From NCBI GenBank assembly GCA_047495785.1, contig JBLDXI010000078.1, positions 1 to 64,000 on the forward strand: 64,000 nucleotides of DNA, written 5' to 3'. This document shows, piece by piece, positions 58,854 through 64,000 of the stretch. How positions within the stretch are numbered: the first letter of the stretch is position 1; each line of letters begins with the position of its first letter. The stretch is from Lepidodermella squamata (taxonomy: Eukaryota > Animalia > Gastrotricha). The translations under genes and the position numbers were made by a program. Below the pieces are notes generated by a model. The model was not told the origin of the DNA. It did no database searches and saw only the letters and a list, made by a program, of their open reading frames with translations.

Positions 58854-61800
58854 ATGGCTACTCACATTCGCAGCATTATTCTGGTGGGGCTAGCCAGTTC
58901 GGTAGTCTCAGTTGAGTACAAGCGCTGCTTCTCCCGCGTCAATGACAGCTTCACCGGTTGCAAAACGGCCTGTTCCTTCCTCGATGAAGTTCAGGCAAGG
59001 GAAAAATTTCGACTTGTGAATTTTCCATGAAGGCTCTTGTTTTTCAGCTCGGACTTGCTTTACCGTCATCCACAAGTTGCTCAGATGGGGTGATATTTTG
59101 AATCCTAATTCAATGTGATGAACGTGTTTTTTTCTAGTCGGCTAGAAGCTGCTTCAACTACAAAACAATCAATATGCGTTGCATCCCTCGCAACCTGGGC
59201 TGTTCATCAAGTGATGAAGTAATGGTTAGTTTTTTTCAACTGTAGCAATTTGCGTTATTTATTATTTTTAATGAGATTGCTGAATTCTTGGGCAATAACT
59301 TTGAAACGCAGTATAAGCTGTGCGGGTCAGCAATTAAACATTTCCTGGTGAGAAATTTGAAGTAAGATCACGAGAAAATGCCATTTCGCCATTGTAGAAT
59401 GTTCAAGCGGCGGTTTGCGACAACAAAGGTCAGCGAACCTGCATCCCAATCAATGGCTCTTGCCCGAATAGCGGAGTGAGTACTTTTTCGTACAAATCCC
59501 AAAAGGCTCCTTCTTCCTCTCTCAGAAAGTTGTGCGCTATTGGTCGACAACGTTGTCTTGCATGACTCAAGAAAATCGTAAGTTGCCGATATGCGATCGT
59601 CACAAACAAGACGATGAGCATTGAGTCAAAATGAGACTTCACGTCTTTTCATTTCAGTTAAGCGTAATGATGGCGATTTTGTTCCGCACAATCGCTGTTT
59701 TCTTCAGAGCGACCGGTCCTTTCTCGGATGTCGATCAACGCCTTGCATTGCGACCAATACGACTCGGGTAATAATTTGAAGAATAAATAATACATCATTT
59801 ATTTTATAATTTCCAAGTCCTACAGCAGCGCGACTTACATCGACAAAGCTCACTGTATAAATGGCGTTAGTTTGAAAATATGCGCAATTCTTAATTATCC
59901 TGGCTCATTTTACGTTTCAACAGCCGGCAGCAGTTTGTTCCTCGTCAAATGGCTTGGTTTGCCGCAATAACTGTCCACCCCCAATGTCAGTGGTAGGTTC
60001 GAGTGAGATGTAATCGTGTCACATGACTATGTTTTCGCTAATGTTTTAGGTTTCGATCTTTAGCTCGAAAACTGACTTCGAGAGCAACTACGCCGATTGC
60101 CTCCTCACGCTGGTTTAAAAGAATTTGCCCATCGTAATAGGATTTGACACCTCAAAATATCGCTAGGAGCCTCATCAACTCTGCGCTGATCAAGCAGCTT
60201 ACACCTTCGTGAAATGTATCCTCGTTTCGAATGTTACATCTTGCCCGGCCGGCATCTTCGCCGGTGCCATCTTCAATACACTGAACGGTTGCACATCAGG
60301 TAAATGTTGATATTTTGTCGTCAGAATATTTCATTACCTTCAAATTTGACACCCAGCACCCCAGGCCATGTATCCCCATCGTCGCTGCTTTGAATCAACA
60401 GGGCTGACATTCTCAGGTTGCAAACAAGCCCCGCAGCTGTGCGATGGCAGCAATGTAGGATGTTTTTGGTGGCAATTAGCTGATTTTAACAATTATTTTA
60501 CAGACCCTTAGTCCTACGGTCTACATTACTAAAGCGGAATGTGAGGCTGGGGTGAGTATGCGCTTTCAGCTGGAGATTTCCTCATTAGCATACTTTATTA
60601 TGGCGAAATAGTTGATTCGACTGTGCTACGACGCGACAACTGGTGGTACATGTCGTGAAACTTGCCCGACAGGAACCGGACGATACGACGTGAGAATGAT
60701 ATCGGCTCAAAATTTAGCCCATTTAAAAGTATTGTTTATCAGCTCGGTGAAGTTGGATCTCGAGACTCCCTCGCTGAATCTTTCGATCAGTGCCGAACGT
60801 TGATTCAGGTAACAACTTTACATTAGGTATTTTCGTTTTACTTTTCTCATCAAATCAGGGCAAACACATCAAATGCGTTGACAGAGTGACGAAATCCTCT
60901 GTTGTTTGCGCTCCGCAAACCAGGGACTGCCCAGCCAACTCGGTACGCTTGAATTTTTTCAATGCTGATCAGCACGTGAAACCAGTTCTCTTCATCATAG
61001 ATCGCCCTGGCCAATGGTCAAATTTTCGACAGCTTCGCGATTTGTAAAATGGAGTATGCCTTTTTAAACTAATTCGGTAGCCTAAATCTGACTTCAAATT
61101 CGAGCTCAGCAGGGTCGAATTACCTTAGCCTTGCCTCGGCTATGCATTTTACGCTGAGAGGTATCCCAAATTGAATTATTTAAATTTTTTGCACGCAATT
61201 AACGATTTCTCAAATTTATGGGGGCATCGAAAATATCAGCAATGAATGGAATAGCGCGAATAGACCTCTCCAAAGCGAATTTCAAAAAGAAAAGAACTTT
61301 GTTCATCGGCATCCGACATGAGACGTAGCTAGGACGCCGCAGCTGGGCTTTTTACGAGAAAAAAGTGAAATGAGAGATAATGAGGTCGAAGGTCGCGTTT
61401 TGAAAATAATGAGATGAATCATCTCATTATCTTTTGGCGCCAGATGTTGTGATGAAATTTCGAGAAAAAAAGAGTCTTTCATACGCCGTAAGTGCTACTT
61501 TGCAAGTGAAAAGATGAAAAAAATGCCACGATTAAAAAGATGAAACCATAGATCAATTTTAGAAAATCATGATTTTTATTGCTTCGGTAAATATTTTCAC
61601 TATCACAAGGGTAAAGCTGAGCAAATCGGACGAAAATCGTCAAAAATAAAACGGAAAATAATTAGTCTTTTTTTGAATTGCTTTAGACTTGAACGCAGTG
61701 ATAAGGAGGATGCTCCAAATTCTTCGCGATAAAATCTCACGGTTCTTCGTGCCAAGATGTATTTGAGGCGGCACAAAGTCGGGAGAATGATCGATTTTTC

Positions 61801-63554
61801 TTTGATTTTATTCAACTCGCCGCCCATACGATTTGCCAAATCATCCAGCTTTTTGAAAGTAATCAAATCTTCACGGTACTTCGCTGAAAGAGCCACCTTA
61901 ATGATGGCCACAACGTCGCTGGTAATTTAGCAAAGTAAATTGACCAGTCGAAGGTTGACGATAGTAAATTCAATAGCAGGCTGTCATCCAATAACTCCAG
62001 ACGAGAGTTTGCAAGGACAATTGCCACGACAATAACTGAGAGGAACCCTCTCATTCTTGAATCTTCTTCAGTTCCAACTTCAATAAATTTCCTTCTAAAT
62101 TGAAAGTAGGACCAGGTAAAATTGAAAAATCCGGCAGAAGCTCCCGCCTACAGAACATTTTCCATCAAAAAATGTCAAGTAAATAAATTGATAAAAAATC
62201 TTTTTTTAACGTGACCAGGGCCAAGTTCAGGTCCATTCCAGCTAGCTCTATCAATTTAGATGGTGAAAAATGAAGCCCAGCAGAGGAACAAAGTGAACTG
62301 GAACTTGTCAAGTAGGCCAACTTTGGTTCAAGAATGATTACCAGAATCCATCGATAAATCACTAGATTCTTTCCAGAAAGTCGTCGGTAAAAGTGCCAGT
62401 AACATCAGCTACGGTAAGAATGGCAAAGGCCGGTGATTTTGACCAAAACTTGTATAAGAACCAGCCATGTAACACCCGGGTCGGAATTTACACCAGTCAG
62501 CCTTAAAAGAGGCTTTATTACGCTCGGATTTCGAGTAGAAAAAGACGAAAATTATTGTACTAAAATGAGAACTAACACTTTTACTCAAGCTGTGTTCTCT
62601 CTTCAAGTTGCGCAACATACATAAAATTTTCGCATTTTAATGAAAATTGAATCGTTTCCTTGATTTTGATCAGGAAATCCTGAAAACTGAATCCAGCCTA
62701 GACCTTTCCGTGGCTTATTCAGAAACTTCGAAATCTTCTCCGAGGCTGGAACCTGGATCCAGCTTGGTAACTATGGAACCGGAACATTTCTTCTCCTTTT
62801 TGAAATTGACCCCGCTTTAATTTATAAAAATTTCAGGGATTATTTAATTTTCTTTTCTTTTCAAACCCTGAAATTTTAATTTTTACAGTATAAGAATATT
62901 CTTGAATATTCATGCATGAGACCAGCATGACACCCCCGTTTGCATGGCGGGGTTCAAGCTGCTGCGTCCTAGCTACGTCTCATGGCATCCGAGATCTCAA
63001 TTTTCGAAAACGCGGTCTGCGACTTTCAGGAATTATTGGAACCTTTTTGTGTTTCCCAGTTACCACCGATGCCAGGCCGCCGATGGTTCGCCAACATGTC
63101 GGGCCAGCGCCGGGGGCTGTTTGACCACCGAAACCGCTTTCCACCGGACACCTTGTTCCCAAGCGCGTCAAGCTGCCAAAACGCCGTGAAAACATTTTTC
63201 ATCACAGGGGGCATAGGAGAAATTGCGAAAGATGAAGCTGTGTTCAATTGCGCAAACGAAAATGGTCGCATCGCGATGCCGAAAACTAGCGATGAGTTAA
63301 CGGAAGCCAGGAAGGTTAACGTGGACAGGTCTACGGTTGATTCATGGGTTGGCATGGTTCTGTCTAAAGCTAAAGAACTCACGTGGCAAGACGGGACAGC
63401 GTACACATTTAACAGGGCTGATTGGCTCTATCGCGGCTCAGAAAGATGTGTCAGGTTTGAGCGCAATACTGCCACTGGCAATTACCTGTTCAGAACCGAC
63501 TCTTGTAACAACATGTTTTCCTATGCAACATGCGAGACGTATATGCCTGGATGA
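58854..63554 (+). CDS. Secreted Cys-rich / C-type lectin protein, paralogue of 7262-10937 (apparent 1-nt frameshift at ~63135)
   Basis: Same 141-nt first exon and matching downstream exons (RSCFNYKTINMRC); GC-AG first intron; terminal CTL SWVGM..LTWQDGT..C..C..ATCE. Confidence 0.75.
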
Positions 63555-63829
63555 AGAAAAGGCTCTGAACGGGTCTCAGGTGCACATCTGCTGCTCTATT
63601 TCTCTGACGATCCAATACATTTGTCGTTTCAATTGACACTTATCCCGAATTAGATAGATAGATAAGTTAGCAGATAATATGATGTGATTGTGAAGTCCAC
63701 AGCTTAATCCAGGATCCTGGTCAAGTTTAATTTTGAGTACTAAATCCTGAATTTCCCACTACCAATTTTTTAACTTTGTCCTGTCTTCTTTAGAACGCTT
63801 TTTTATTACCGCATTTCTCTTTTCGAATA

Positions 63830-63958
63830 TTTAAATTTTGAAGCAACAAGTCTTCGCAATATTCTTTTGCTGGGACTAGCCAGTTTGGCTGTTTCATTCG
63901 AGTACAAACGCTGCTTCTCCCGGCTCAACGACACTGTTCGTTTTTCGAGGGAGTTCAG
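63830..63958 (+). pseudogene. Damaged first exon of a further family member
   Basis: ILLLGLASLAVSFEYKRCFSRLND followed by a deletion of the GCKTAC segment; no ATG seen; window ends. Confidence 0.6.
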
Positions 63959-64000
63959 GTATGTGAACATCTTTTTATATAATATGTGTTGACATATTCA

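Noticed and set aside
61600-62625. Short ORFs in the large intron of the last lectin gene
   Set aside because: No recognisable motif and stops in all frames; possibly a decayed TE (GGCAGAAGCTCCCGCC is shared with ~24494) but I cannot support a call.

Overview
Eukaryotic, intron-containing, gene-dense DNA from an invertebrate animal (short 40-70 nt GT-AG introns; the species cannot be assigned from the sequence). Positions 1-11006 and 11567-22572 form an apparently perfect inverted duplication (x pairs with 22573-x) around a 560-bp spacer; the left arm runs off the window edge. Each arm carries (i) a pseudokinase-ankyrin gene whose ~17 near-identical 102-bp repeats vary mainly at the DARPin-type binding positions and which has a frameshift before the array, (ii) a two-finger C2H2 gene, and (iii) a secreted Cys-rich/C-type lectin gene. 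The rest holds more members of the lectin and zinc-finger families, two tandem non-alpha nAChR-like Cys-loop subunits, a GT-B fucosyltransferase-like gene, a stand-alone tandem glutaminase-type ankyrin protein, a protease-CCP3-protease gene, a GABA-B-like receptor interrupted by an intact two-gene PIF/Harbinger-type transposon, and many MITEs (P-like, hAT-like, CACTA-like, pogo-like). Exon models were read by eye and family calls come from recognised motifs; no searches were run.
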